This document shows, one piece after another, positions 37,386 through 45,055 of a stretch of DNA of 50,181 nucleotides. The DNA comes from a virus. Lineage: Duplodnaviria > Caudoviricetes. Made by a program: the position numbers and the translations under genes. Where the stretch lies: positions 1 to 50,181 of IMG/VR virus record IMGVR_UViG_3300044980_000168. One strand, given 5' to 3'. The stretch's first letter is position 1, and each line of letters starts with the position of its first letter. The notes beneath the pieces were generated by a model. It did not search any database and was not told where the DNA came from. It saw only the letters and a list, made by a program, of their open reading frames with translations.

Positions 37386-37455
37386 TTGCGGGCACCGGAG
37401 TTGAACCGATGGTGGCGGGCGTATGAGACCCGCTGGCGACCGTCGCCGGCCCGCA
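37386..37455 (-). tRNA. Non-canonical tRNA(CAU), initiator-Met-like, truncated D arm, CCA not encoded
   Basis: Acceptor UGCGGGC/GCCCGCA+A, anticodon arm GCGGGU-CUCAUAC-GCCCGC, T-arm AUCGG-UUCAACU-CCGGU. Confidence 0.8.
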
Positions 37456-37459
37456 AGGA

Positions 37460-37593
37460 GTGTGAATGAAAGGACGATGCTTGGAAGGTCTTGCGACCGG
37501 CTTTTCCTCTACCACTGAGGTACATCCTGAACAAGCGATGATGGGAATCGAACCCACGACACAAAGGGATAACCAAACATCAACGACTCACAC
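37460..37593 (-). ncRNA. Y-RNA-like ncRNA 3 (canonical YrlA-type tRNA mimic)
   Basis: Terminal stem GUGUGAGU/AUUCACAC, GUCGUUG, stem GAUGUUUGG/CCAAGCAUC; T-arm GUGGG-UUCGAUU-CCCAU, closed acceptor CAUC..GAUG, UA, D-arm CCUC-AGUGGUA-GAGG. Confidence 0.88.
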
Positions 37594-37602
37594 CTGAAAA
37601 AC

Positions 37603-37702
37603 GATGCAGATAAGAAATGCAACTGGGTTTGCCACCACTGGCCTAGGAGGAGTCGAACCTCTATCTATAGGTTTAGATAATCCAATCGCAACGATCCGCA
37701 CC
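37603..37702 (-). ncRNA. Y-RNA-like ncRNA 2 (T arm and D arm, acceptor stem almost absent)
   Basis: Terminal stem GGUGCGGAU/AUCUGCAUC, AUCGUUG, stem UGCGAUUGG/CCAGUUGCA; T-arm GAGG-UUCGACU-CCUC, D-arm GCC-AGUGGU-GGC. Confidence 0.82.
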
Positions 37703-37710
37703 TGAAAAAC

Positions 37711-37775
37711 GCTTCGGATAAAAGCTCGGCTGAGGTATTTTGGCAGAATGAAAACTCAACCTAACGACCCGAAAC
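37711..37775 (-). ncRNA. Y-RNA-like ncRNA 1 (minimal, no tRNA module)
   Basis: Terminal stem GUUUCGGGU/AUCCGAAGC, GUCGUUA, stem GGUUGAG/CUCAGCC, short apical loop. Confidence 0.72.
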
Positions 37776-37820
37776 TGAACAACGACGTCCTTGATTGGCG
37801 CCAAGCGGCTCTCGACAAAC

Positions 37821-39521
37821 TCATCCCTCCCTTGAAAAATCCGCCATCAAGGCGGGTACAGCCGCATCGAAGCCGGCGACGTCGAGCATACCCGCATCAG
37901 ATGGGTCCGCAATCGTAAACTCCGTCGCCGTCATGCCGACGACGATGAGCTTGGCGTTGATGCCGGACTTCTCCCGATAGGCTCTGAGTGCCTGATGGGG
38001 ATGAATGTTCCCGGCCCACGTCTCATTGTCCGTGTACACGACGAATGTGTCGATCGAAAGGTTCTCGCCCGCTGCGTACAGCATCGGCAGCGAGCAGTCC
38101 GTTCCACCGAAGGGGATGTTTGAGATGCTTCGGACCGCATCGCCCAAGCGCTGCTGAGGCGAGATGCTCAGCGGCTTCAAGGAAGCTCCGCCGCCTCCGT
38201 GGTAACCCGTCCAAACTCTTCCGCTGGGCGAAGTGAACCCCACGCAATGCCAGTTCTTCTCCACCTTCGCCGTGACGAGTGCCATCGCTGCAGAGGCCTC
38301 CCTGCAAGACAGGTTCGTCCCGCCGATATTCGCAGACATCGAGCCCGAGACGTCTAGCGCCAAGAGGTGATTCTTTCCGGTCGGTTCGACAGCGTCGAAC
38401 GCCGCATAGAAAGCCGCATCCAAGGCGTCGACGATCTCCCGTACAGGCTGCCAGGCAAGCGAGCCCTTGAGCCCGTGTCCCGAGATGTACGTCGTCATCG
38501 CGAAGAGGATGCTCAGGGGGTGCACTCGGCCCTTCTTCAACGCAACCAGGTCGCACAGGCGTGCAGCAACATCCCGCGTCGTCTCATCAAGAGGACGAAG
38601 CAAGCCGATCGACGTCATCTTCGCCAGGTTCCGCAGGAGCGCCGTCTGGCCCATGTGAGGAAGCATCGCGTGCCAGATGAGCGGGTCGCTCTTGAGCTCA
38701 TTGGGCACACACTCATGAGGCAGCCCATAATCGACGATCGTCTGAGCGATGAGAGCCTTCGGAATGGCCGGCGTGAGCGCCATCTTCTTGAGCATCTCGA
38801 AGCCGACGATGATCTTCGGCAAGTCTGCAGGGTTCAATGCTTCGTACTTCCGGGGCATACCCTCCTTCGGCGTGGTCGCTCGCGTGCTCGAGACGGCTTC
38901 AATGCCGCCCGTGACGTAACGGAAGATGGCGTCGTGTGCCTTCGTGGGCGCGACGGGGTGGGCCAGACGAAGCAAGTCCCGGTGTGACCATCCATCTCGC
39001 TGCTGGTACTTGACGGCTTGTAGGGCGAGGCTTTCGGCGGAACGCTCCGTGTACCAGCGCCCTACTGCCCGCCGCAGGCTGCGCCCCCATCGCCTCTGTC
39101 CTTCGACGTCCGCCACGAAGTGGAAGAGATGCGTCCCGATGCGTGCGACGGCCGGGAGCGCTGCGTTTGCTGCCGCGCGGGTAGCGGGGTTCTTATCCCC
39201 CGCCGCCACGGCCAGCGCGAAGATGGCCGGATCGTTCTTCGGAGCTCGACCCGCGTCGCTGATCTCGACGATGCGGCGGACCGTGCGTGCGCCGTCCTCC
39301 TTGAGACACTCGGCGATGCATGTGACGGCCTGCTTCACATGCGCCTTCTCGTCGACGTAGTACGTCCCGCCCTCGCACCCGAGGATGAGGAAGCGGTCCA
39401 GCCGCTTCCAGCAGTCGAGCGTGAAGGTGTACCCGCCTGCGTTATTCTTCACTTGGCGGGAATCAGCCTGGTCGCGCTGAGGCGTTACCAGCTTGTTGGA
39501 TGTTTCGCCGTAGATGGTCAT
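37821..39521 (-). CDS. rsr: Ro60/Rsr TROVE-domain RNA-binding protein with vWA domain
   Basis: NNAGGY, LDRFLILG.EGGTYY, KYQQRDGWSHRDLLRLAHP, ALLRNLAKMT, MIDAS DVSGSM, GGTDCSLP, YTDNETW, VAGFD; AGGAG RBS. Confidence 0.96.
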   Translation of the reverse strand: MTIYGETSNKLVTPQRDQADSRQVKNNAGGYTFTLDCWKRLDRFLILGCEGGTYYVDEKAHVKQAVTCIAECLKEDGARTVRRIVEISDAGRAPKNDPAIFALAVAAGDKNPATRAAANAALPAVARIGTHLFHFVADVEGQRRWGRSLRRAVGRWYTERSAESLALQAVKYQQRDGWSHRDLLRLAHPVAPTKAHDAIFRYVTGGIEAVSSTRATTPKEGMPRKYEALNPADLPKIIVGFEMLKKMALTPAIPKALIAQTIVDYGLPHECVPNELKSDPLIWHAMLPHMGQTALLRNLAKMTSIGLLRPLDETTRDVAARLCDLVALKKGRVHPLSILFAMTTYISGHGLKGSLAWQPVREIVDALDAAFYAAFDAVEPTGKNHLLALDVSGSMSANIGGTNLSCREASAAMALVTAKVEKNWHCVGFTSPSGRVWTGYHGGGGASLKPLSISPQQRLGDAVRSISNIPFGGTDCSLPMLYAAGENLSIDTFVVYTDNETWAGNIHPHQALRAYREKSGINAKLIVVGMTATEFTIADPSDAGMLDVAGFDAAVPALMADFSREG

Positions 39522-39548
39522 CGTCTCCTGCTTTCGGTTGGAGAAAGG

Positions 39549-39576
39549 TGCCCCGGGCCGTCTAAAGCGCGGGGCA
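39549..39576 (-). promoter_or_regulatory. GC-rich hairpin between recombinase and Ro60 (terminator/attenuator or 5' UTR structure)
   Basis: TGCCCCG...CGGGGCA inverted repeat followed by CCTTTCT on the - strand. Confidence 0.4.
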
Positions 39577-39590
39577 GGTTGGGTTGTCGT

Positions 39591-40322
39591 TCAAGTCTGG
39601 TTGGAAGTCAAAGCATCCGCGGATGCGATCGAGTCCGAGGACCGTAACGCATCCGCGGACCGTAACGTCCGGATAACCTGCGTCTGGGTCCATCGACCAC
39701 CGCGCATCGTCGGGATGCCCCGTCGGTTCGCTTCCTCCGCGAGCTTCCTCTGTGAGAAGCCCTCTGCCTGAAGTTTCCGAAGTGCCGCGACGGCTTCCGG
39801 GTTCTTCTTCGCGTAGGGCGGCATTCCGAGCCGGTGACCTCGCGCCTTTCTGGCCTGTAGCGCCGCCGAAGTCCTCTCGCCGATCATGTCCGCTTCCAGC
39901 TGCGCCCAGACCCCCAGCATGCCGAGCATCGCTCGGCCCATCGGGGTCGTGATGTCGAAGGGCTCGGTAGCGGAGACGAGCTGCAGGCGATGAGCTCCTC
40001 GCTCGTCCACCAGCTGCCAGATGACGGACTGACGTCGGGAAAGCCTGCTCAAGGCGTAGACGACCACCACGGGCAGCTCGCTCACTGGTGTGTTCCTGTT
40101 CTGCTCAGACGAAGCCATGGAAAGCACCTTCAGCAAACCCGGCCGGCGCCCGATCTCATCCTTGCCGGTCATAGCAGGGTCGGTCTCGACGGCGATCACC
40201 TCGTACCCGCGCTGCTCCGCCAGACGCTTGCATGCCGCGAGCTGAGCTTCGAGCCCGAGGCCGGACTCTTCTTGTTTCTTGTCGGACACGCGCGTGTAGA
40301 GGATGGCTTGGATGCGACTCAT
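39591..40322 (-). CDS. Serine recombinase (resolvase/invertase catalytic domain plus short DNA-binding domain)
   Basis: YTRVS catalytic Ser, RPGL, LSRLSR, TPMGRAML, ERT..AL; C-terminal LAEEANRRGIPTMRGGRW. Confidence 0.92.
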   Translation of the reverse strand: MSRIQAILYTRVSDKKQEESGLGLEAQLAACKRLAEQRGYEVIAVETDPAMTGKDEIGRRPGLLKVLSMASSEQNRNTPVSELPVVVVYALSRLSRRQSVIWQLVDERGAHRLQLVSATEPFDITTPMGRAMLGMLGVWAQLEADMIGERTSAALQARKARGHRLGMPPYAKKNPEAVAALRKLQAEGFSQRKLAEEANRRGIPTMRGGRWTQTQVIRTLRSADALRSSDSIASADALTSNQT

Positions 40323-40399
40323 GATTGTTCGACCCTGTGTGTGAGACGAAGTTCCCGCTGACGTCGATTGATGGGATCTGTCCAGTGAGGCTTTCTCAC
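40319..40399 (-). CDS. 26-aa coupling micro-ORF
   Basis: GTGA and ATGA overlaps with both neighbours (MRKPHWTDPINRRQRELRLTHRVEQS). Confidence 0.45.
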   Translation of the reverse strand: MRKPHWTDPINRRQRELRLTHRVEQS

Positions 40400-40689
40400 T
40401 CGCCCCTCAAGAGCTTGTTGAACCTCGCCGACTGCTTCGCAAAAGTATGCAGTCCATGAGAGTCCATGAATCCTGCAGTCTTCTGCAATGCCGCCAGCGC
40501 GGCCTTCTCTTCACAGGTCTCCCAGCATTTCAGACACCAGGAGAGTTCTTCTCGCGGCGCGCCCCATCTCTCCCAGAACATCTCCGCCGCGAAGCCGCAC
40601 ACCCTGCAGCTCGACGCACGTATTTGCATGCGAAGCAGGTTGCTGAGCGCGATGAGCTCCGCGTCTTCCGAAGGTGTGCGGATGCGCAT
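40396..40689 (-). CDS. Zinc-finger-like hypothetical protein
   Basis: CRVC...CLKC; coupled. Confidence 0.65.
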   Translation of the reverse strand: MRIRTPSEDAELIALSNLLRMQIRASSCRVCGFAAEMFWERWGAPREELSWCLKCWETCEEKAALAALQKTAGFMDSHGLHTFAKQSARFNKLLRGE

Positions 40690-41489
40690 CAGAAAGAAAT
40701 CCTCGCCTGAATGAGCGGCTTATCCAGACCGAACTTCTGCCGATACGTGACGCGATACGAGCCGTCGCCTTGCTTGACCCATTCGCCTTCCTTTGCCTTC
40801 GGCGCGGCCATCTGCACAGCTTGCCCCGTCAAGCGAGCCGTCATCCGAGCGGCCTGTGTCTCACACCGGGCGCGGATGGGTGCGTAGTGCGGATCCTTCC
40901 ACATGACGGCGAGGGTCTTGCGGAGTTTCTCCTTTGCCTCTGGCTTCAGCGCCATGTCCCCGAAAGACGGACGAGGTCCGGGCGCCGCGAGCTCGGCACG
41001 TATGAAGGATTCCTCGTATAGGTCATCCTGAAAGAGTCTCTTCGCCAGCATCTCGGCCGAATCGGTGGCGTGGACGGCGGACGCTTGAGCGATGGGTGCT
41101 GGATTCGAGGTCATCGCCCGAAGTTTCTCCCCCGCAGCCAGCAGCTTCATGGCCTCGTACTCCTGCAATCCCTGCAATCCCTGGCTCTGTTGCGTTGCCG
41201 CCAGCTGCTTCAGCTGAGCTGCAGCGTCTCGGGCGCCCTGCTGGTAAGCCTGCTCCTTGATGCTCCTCTGTGACGGGCCTCTTGGCAGAGCGTACGTCTG
41301 GATCTGCGTAGGATGCACGCCATGCAAGTTCGAGGCAGGTGCGATGTATCTCGTGTCACATGCGCATATCGCCTGATGAACCTCTCCCGGCAAAACTGCG
41401 TTCATGCCACACACGCAGGAGAAGGCCCAAGCCTCGGAGTCGTACAGGGTTGGGGCGGATCTTGTGGTCGACGGGGCCATTGGGGTCAT
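40689..41489 (-). CDS. Hypothetical protein with N-terminal CxCG..CxC zinc ribbon
   Basis: TGATG-coupled start MTPMAP; SCVCG, ICACD. Confidence 0.65.
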   Translation of the reverse strand: MTPMAPSTTRSAPTLYDSEAWAFSCVCGMNAVLPGEVHQAICACDTRYIAPASNLHGVHPTQIQTYALPRGPSQRSIKEQAYQQGARDAAAQLKQLAATQQSQGLQGLQEYEAMKLLAAGEKLRAMTSNPAPIAQASAVHATDSAEMLAKRLFQDDLYEESFIRAELAAPGPRPSFGDMALKPEAKEKLRKTLAVMWKDPHYAPIRARCETQAARMTARLTGQAVQMAAPKAKEGEWVKQGDGSYRVTYRQKFGLDKPLIQARISF

Positions 41490-41788
41490 CACAAACTCGC
41501 TTTCGGATTGGAGGTTTCCTGGAGAACAGAGGGTGGAGTGTCCTCCTCCCAGATTTCGAACTCGGCGCCTTCGGGCAGACGGAGGATGGTTGCCCCTGCG
41601 AGGAAGTGTCCTCGGGGTACCTGGATGTAGGCGGGGCATTGTCCTTTGAGGACCACGAGCTTCTTGCTCTTCCCATCCCCGTAATACTGGAAGGTCTCTT
41701 CGCGCCAAACACCCAAAGACTCTACGCTCGCGTTCACTTCAGCTGGAGCAAGATAACGAAGTGTGAGTTTGCGTTTGCGTGTGGTCAT
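41489..41788 (-). CDS. Hypothetical protein
   Basis: Protein-like ORF MTTRKRKL..., coupled to the next gene. Confidence 0.6.
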   Translation of the reverse strand: MTTRKRKLTLRYLAPAEVNASVESLGVWREETFQYYGDGKSKKLVVLKGQCPAYIQVPRGHFLAGATILRLPEGAEFEIWEEDTPPSVLQETSNPKASL

Positions 41789-42033
41789 GTGCTCAAGACA
41801 CCGTGCCCTATCTTGTGTTCCGTGTCCCACAAAATATTTTCTTCGGCCGATAGCTTCCTTCTGTCCGGCATTTTCTAGAAATTTTCCGAGGTAACTCTCA
41901 GGGTGCTACTTCTACGGGCGCTCGGCGCCGTGACGGTACCCCTCCCCTGGGTGCCGGGTGACCCACCGCTACCGGTAGTGTGGGTCGGGCCACACCCACA
42001 CTAGACTGCACGCACTGTCGTCCCTCCTTGCGT

Positions 42034-42573
42034 TCACTCGGGGTCAGGACTTGGCTCGTCATCGTCCCCGATGATGCGTGGGCCGCGATACGGTGCTGGC
42101 GTTGGTGCTGGCATGGGCTCATCGTTCTCCCCATCATCGTCCGAAGCTAGGGGGATAGCGTTGCGCACGCGTTTGCGTGGTGCGGGAGCGCTCGCGTCGG
42201 GCTCGAGCTCACGTTCGAGATCTGCGCGTGCGGGCATAAGCTCGCAGATAGCTCGAGCTGCAGTGACGGCGTCCTTGTGTCCGTCTAGAACCATGCGCCA
42301 AAGGGCCCGAATCACTGCGGTTTTGCCCGTGGGCATGGGTGGGAGACTGTTTTCGGGATCTGATGCGGCGTTCGAAGCCTTTGCAGCAAGAGCTATGAGC
42401 GCCGCCCGTCGCTGGGCTTCTTCGTTTTCCGTCCCTATGGCAATAGTTTCACTTCTTCCTGAAAGCATTGACAGGATTGAAGCTGTTGAAACTTGCCCGG
42501 GCTTCCCCTTGGAGCACGTCTTAGGGTGCCTGCCTGGTCCCTTGTGCCCGCATTCCTCGCACTTGTACGGCAT
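42034..42573 (-). CDS. Hypothetical protein, possible terminase small subunit (N-terminal zinc knuckle)
   Basis: First gene of the late unit; YKCEECG..GRHPKTC; helical AVIRALWRMVLDG.KDAVTAARAICE; acidic tail. TerS identity is positional inference. Confidence 0.45.
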   Translation of the reverse strand: MPYKCEECGHKGPGRHPKTCSKGKPGQVSTASILSMLSGRSETIAIGTENEEAQRRAALIALAAKASNAASDPENSLPPMPTGKTAVIRALWRMVLDGHKDAVTAARAICELMPARADLERELEPDASAPAPRKRVRNAIPLASDDDGENDEPMPAPTPAPYRGPRIIGDDDEPSPDPE

Positions 42574-42793
42574 CCTCGAGACCTACCACAATGAGTGAAC
42601 ACAAGTAGCGGGACACAACGCCGCGCGCAAGTATGCGATGTCTCGTCCCTTGCGTTCAATGAGTGCAAAGCTGTCCCAGGTCATGGGATACCCAGCATGT
42701 AATTCCGCTAGGTTAGCTATGAACACATGTTGGCATCTTGAGTGTAGTATGTCTTTGCATCGCCCGACGAAACGGGCCGCAAAGGAGAAACTC

Positions 42794-43114
42794 ATGATTC
42801 CCTCACTCGCCGCTCTGTCTCTCGCCTTCGTCACAGGCTTTGCCGTCGTTGTCCACGCCAGCGGCCCGGCTCCCATAACCAAGGCGCCCGCCGTTGTCTC
42901 GAACCTCGTGCCGTCCGTTGACTCTCCCGTGGTCACGTTCGCCAGCATGACCGACGCGCCGTCCGTCGTTCGCGCGAGCCCCGTTACCATCTCGGTCCCG
43001 GCTCGCGCCATTCGCGGCAAGGTGACCGAGGGGGACGTGAGCATGCGCCGTTGCTCCACGCGCGTGCTGGTTCAGGGAAACGGCTTTGTTGAGACGTGCG
43101 AGAAGGTCCGATGA
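42794..43114 (+). CDS. Secreted/membrane protein with C-terminal disulfide motif
   Basis: AAGGAG RBS, signal/TM segment, C.TRVLVQGNG.V.TC. Confidence 0.7.
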   Translation: MIPSLAALSLAFVTGFAVVVHASGPAPITKAPAVVSNLVPSVDSPVVTFASMTDAPSVVRASPVTISVPARAIRGKVTEGDVSMRRCSTRVLVQGNGFVETCEKVR

Positions 43115-43248
43115 CATTCGAAGAAGAGATCCTACTCGCAGCAATCAACTCCCACGCATGGCCACGCGAAGAGGACGAGCCTGACACCTTGCGCTCTCCC
43201 CCTTCGGAACCAATCAACGAACGACCGATCGAAGTGTCGTTCGCATAA
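43111..43248 (+). CDS. 45-aa acidic peptide
   Basis: ATGA-coupled; MTFEEEILLAAINSHAWPREEDEPDTLR... Confidence 0.5.
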   Translation: MTFEEEILLAAINSHAWPREEDEPDTLRSPPSEPINERPIEVSFA

Positions 43249-43409
43249 CGTGCGTGTACCACGAGAAAGGAGGAACCTTCCACACACTCTCATGTCCGTT
43301 AGTTCGATTCTCGTAAACCCGGAGCGTGCCTAGCGCCGCTCTGGCCTACGGTAACCGAGCATTCCGCCCGAACCTTCCAATATTGTACCCAAGAAACGGA
43401 GTAACCATC

Positions 43410-44477
43410 ATGGCTAGCGAATGGCACCGAGGAGTCCTTACCGCATCTTCCTGGCACGGTCTGGAGGAGATTGGCGTTATGTCCGATGACAAGGCGATGA
43501 TTGCCCACGGCGAGCAGAGCGGAGCATGGCCTACCGCGATTCGGTTCGCCGATGTTTTCGCCACGAGCCAAGACGGAAGAACTCTGCAGGCTCCTGGACA
43601 GGGTCTGATTGCTTCCTACCTGAATCCCTCGGATCACCCGGACGCGTGCCTTGCCGTCGTGGGTGACCGATACCGCGCGACCACTCCCGAGGAATGGCGT
43701 TCTCTCGTCAAGGCTGCCGTCGCAGCTGGCGCCAAGCCTACCGGTTGCTTCTCGCTGCGAGACGGAGCGCGAGTTCTCGCGACGTTCGAGATTGGACAGA
43801 GCAACGGGCTTCGCACACAGCTCGTCATGGCCGACGCTTTCGACGGGACCATGCGCCTCACGGCTGGATTCACGTCTATTCGCGTCGTGTGCGCTAACAC
43901 TCTCTCCGCCGCAATGTCTAGCGACGGTGCGGGCATGGCTCAGTTGCGCCACACGGCGAGCTTGGAAACCAAGGTCAACGTGCTTTCCGAGAGCATTGGC
44001 CAAGCCGTTGTCAATGGCGACAAGGTTCGCGATGCATATCACAAGGCCGAAGCCTTGAAGCTCACGACGGACCAGGCAATGAACGTGTTTGACCTGCTCT
44101 TCCCCAAGGCAGACAAGGACGACGGGAAGGCTGCTATCACCCGAGCGGACAACGCGCGAGCGGACGCACGTAGGGCGATGGCCAACCCCGTCAACCAAGC
44201 GGGCCCTACACTCGCCACGCTCTGGAACGCGGCAACGTATCTCGTGGATCGCGAGGTAGACGGCTCCGCTCGGAAGACTCGTGGAGGAAGCGCGATTGAC
44301 TCCCTTCTCTTCGGCTCACGTGGTAACCGCATCACCGAAGTACAGACAATGATCGATGTCATCTTGCGCGACGGTTCCGTGCAGAGCGTTCCCGCTTCGG
44401 AAGCGCTTGCGATGGGTGCGCCCGCCGACGTCGTCGGACGCAACGTGCTGGCTGACATGATCGCAGACCTCTCCTAG
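43410..44477 (+). CDS. DUF932 / LGT_TIGR03299-like phage-plasmid protein
   Basis: WHGL, LAVVGDRY, SLRDGARV, FDGT..L..GFTSIRVVCANTL, LRHT, TLATLWNAATY..D, LLFG. Confidence 0.88.
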   Translation: MASEWHRGVLTASSWHGLEEIGVMSDDKAMIAHGEQSGAWPTAIRFADVFATSQDGRTLQAPGQGLIASYLNPSDHPDACLAVVGDRYRATTPEEWRSLVKAAVAAGAKPTGCFSLRDGARVLATFEIGQSNGLRTQLVMADAFDGTMRLTAGFTSIRVVCANTLSAAMSSDGAGMAQLRHTASLETKVNVLSESIGQAVVNGDKVRDAYHKAEALKLTTDQAMNVFDLLFPKADKDDGKAAITRADNARADARRAMANPVNQAGPTLATLWNAATYLVDREVDGSARKTRGGSAIDSLLFGSRGNRITEVQTMIDVILRDGSVQSVPASEALAMGAPADVVGRNVLADMIADLS

Positions 44478-44487
44478 TTCCGTTCCG

Positions 44488-44511
44488 GGGGTCCTCTTAC
44501 GAGAGGACCCT
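44488..44511 (+). terminator. Hairpin after the DUF932 gene
   Basis: GGGTCCTCT-TACG-AGAGGACCC stem; weak U-tract. Confidence 0.45.
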
Positions 44512-44537
44512 CGCGGCGGGTTTAGGAGCCCGATGCC

Positions 44538-44789
44538 ATGATGCTTCCTACCATTCACTCGAACGGAACTGGCCGAACGGTGTTAGAAGAGCAGATCGAA
44601 AAAGCGTACGTCGCTCTTTCGGCCGCGATTCGGGCGCTTGAAGAATGTGAGCCGAACGGGCGCGACTATTACCCGCAAGGGGAGCATGCGTATGCCAAAG
44701 CGCGCGACGAGCACCTGTCTCGCTTGGCCCGCGTGCAGGACGTTGCGTCCGAGCTTCAAACCGTTTGGGAAGGGATCGTGAACCCATGA
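44538..44789 (+). CDS. Hypothetical phage protein
   Basis: AGGAG RBS; PTIHSNGT...PNGRDYYPQG motif. Confidence 0.8.
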   Translation: MMLPTIHSNGTGRTVLEEQIEKAYVALSAAIRALEECEPNGRDYYPQGEHAYAKARDEHLSRLARVQDVASELQTVWEGIVNP

Positions 44790-45055
44790 GACCAGCACTC
44801 ACACTGACCGAAGCCACACTGACCGGAAAACCCATCCCCCCTGCACTCCCTCCGGGCGCTCTCCAGTACGCGCGAACCATCGCCCGCTTGGACCCTGTAG
44901 GAGCGTTCAATCGGCGTGCGGGAAAGTACGGGTCCGGGAGCGACGTGACCGTTGGCCACGGGACCGTCGCCCGCGTGTCCGCACGCGTCGTGGGCTCCAC
45001 CCCCACCCGCGGGATCGGGCGCGCGTTCGAGCAGCGCATCCAGGTGTCGCGATGA
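44786..45055 (+). CDS. Hypothetical protein
   Basis: ATGA-coupled on both sides. Confidence 0.6.
   Translation: MRPALTLTEATLTGKPIPPALPPGALQYARTIARLDPVGAFNRRAGKYGSGSDVTVGHGTVARVSARVVGSTPTRGIGRAFEQRIQVSR

Noticed and set aside
37369-37576. Short ORFs (62-64 aa) over the RNA array
   Set aside because: No RBS or protein features; the covarying RNA structure explains the sequence better.
37263-37775. RNA array read as a CRISPR array or a cluster of ordinary tRNA genes
   Set aside because: The repeats are structural, not identical, and there are no cas genes. In three units the T arm precedes the D arm and there is no anticodon loop or free acceptor end.
39591-40322. IS607-like transposon or integrase-defined prophage boundary
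   Set aside because: No N-terminal MerR-type HTH, no tnpB, no att sites or host genes; the gene is translationally coupled within the phage operon.
43295-43320. GTTCGATTC T-loop-like motif suggesting another tRNA or Y RNA
   Set aside because: Only about 2 bp of flanking stem, and no D arm or Ro-binding scaffold found.
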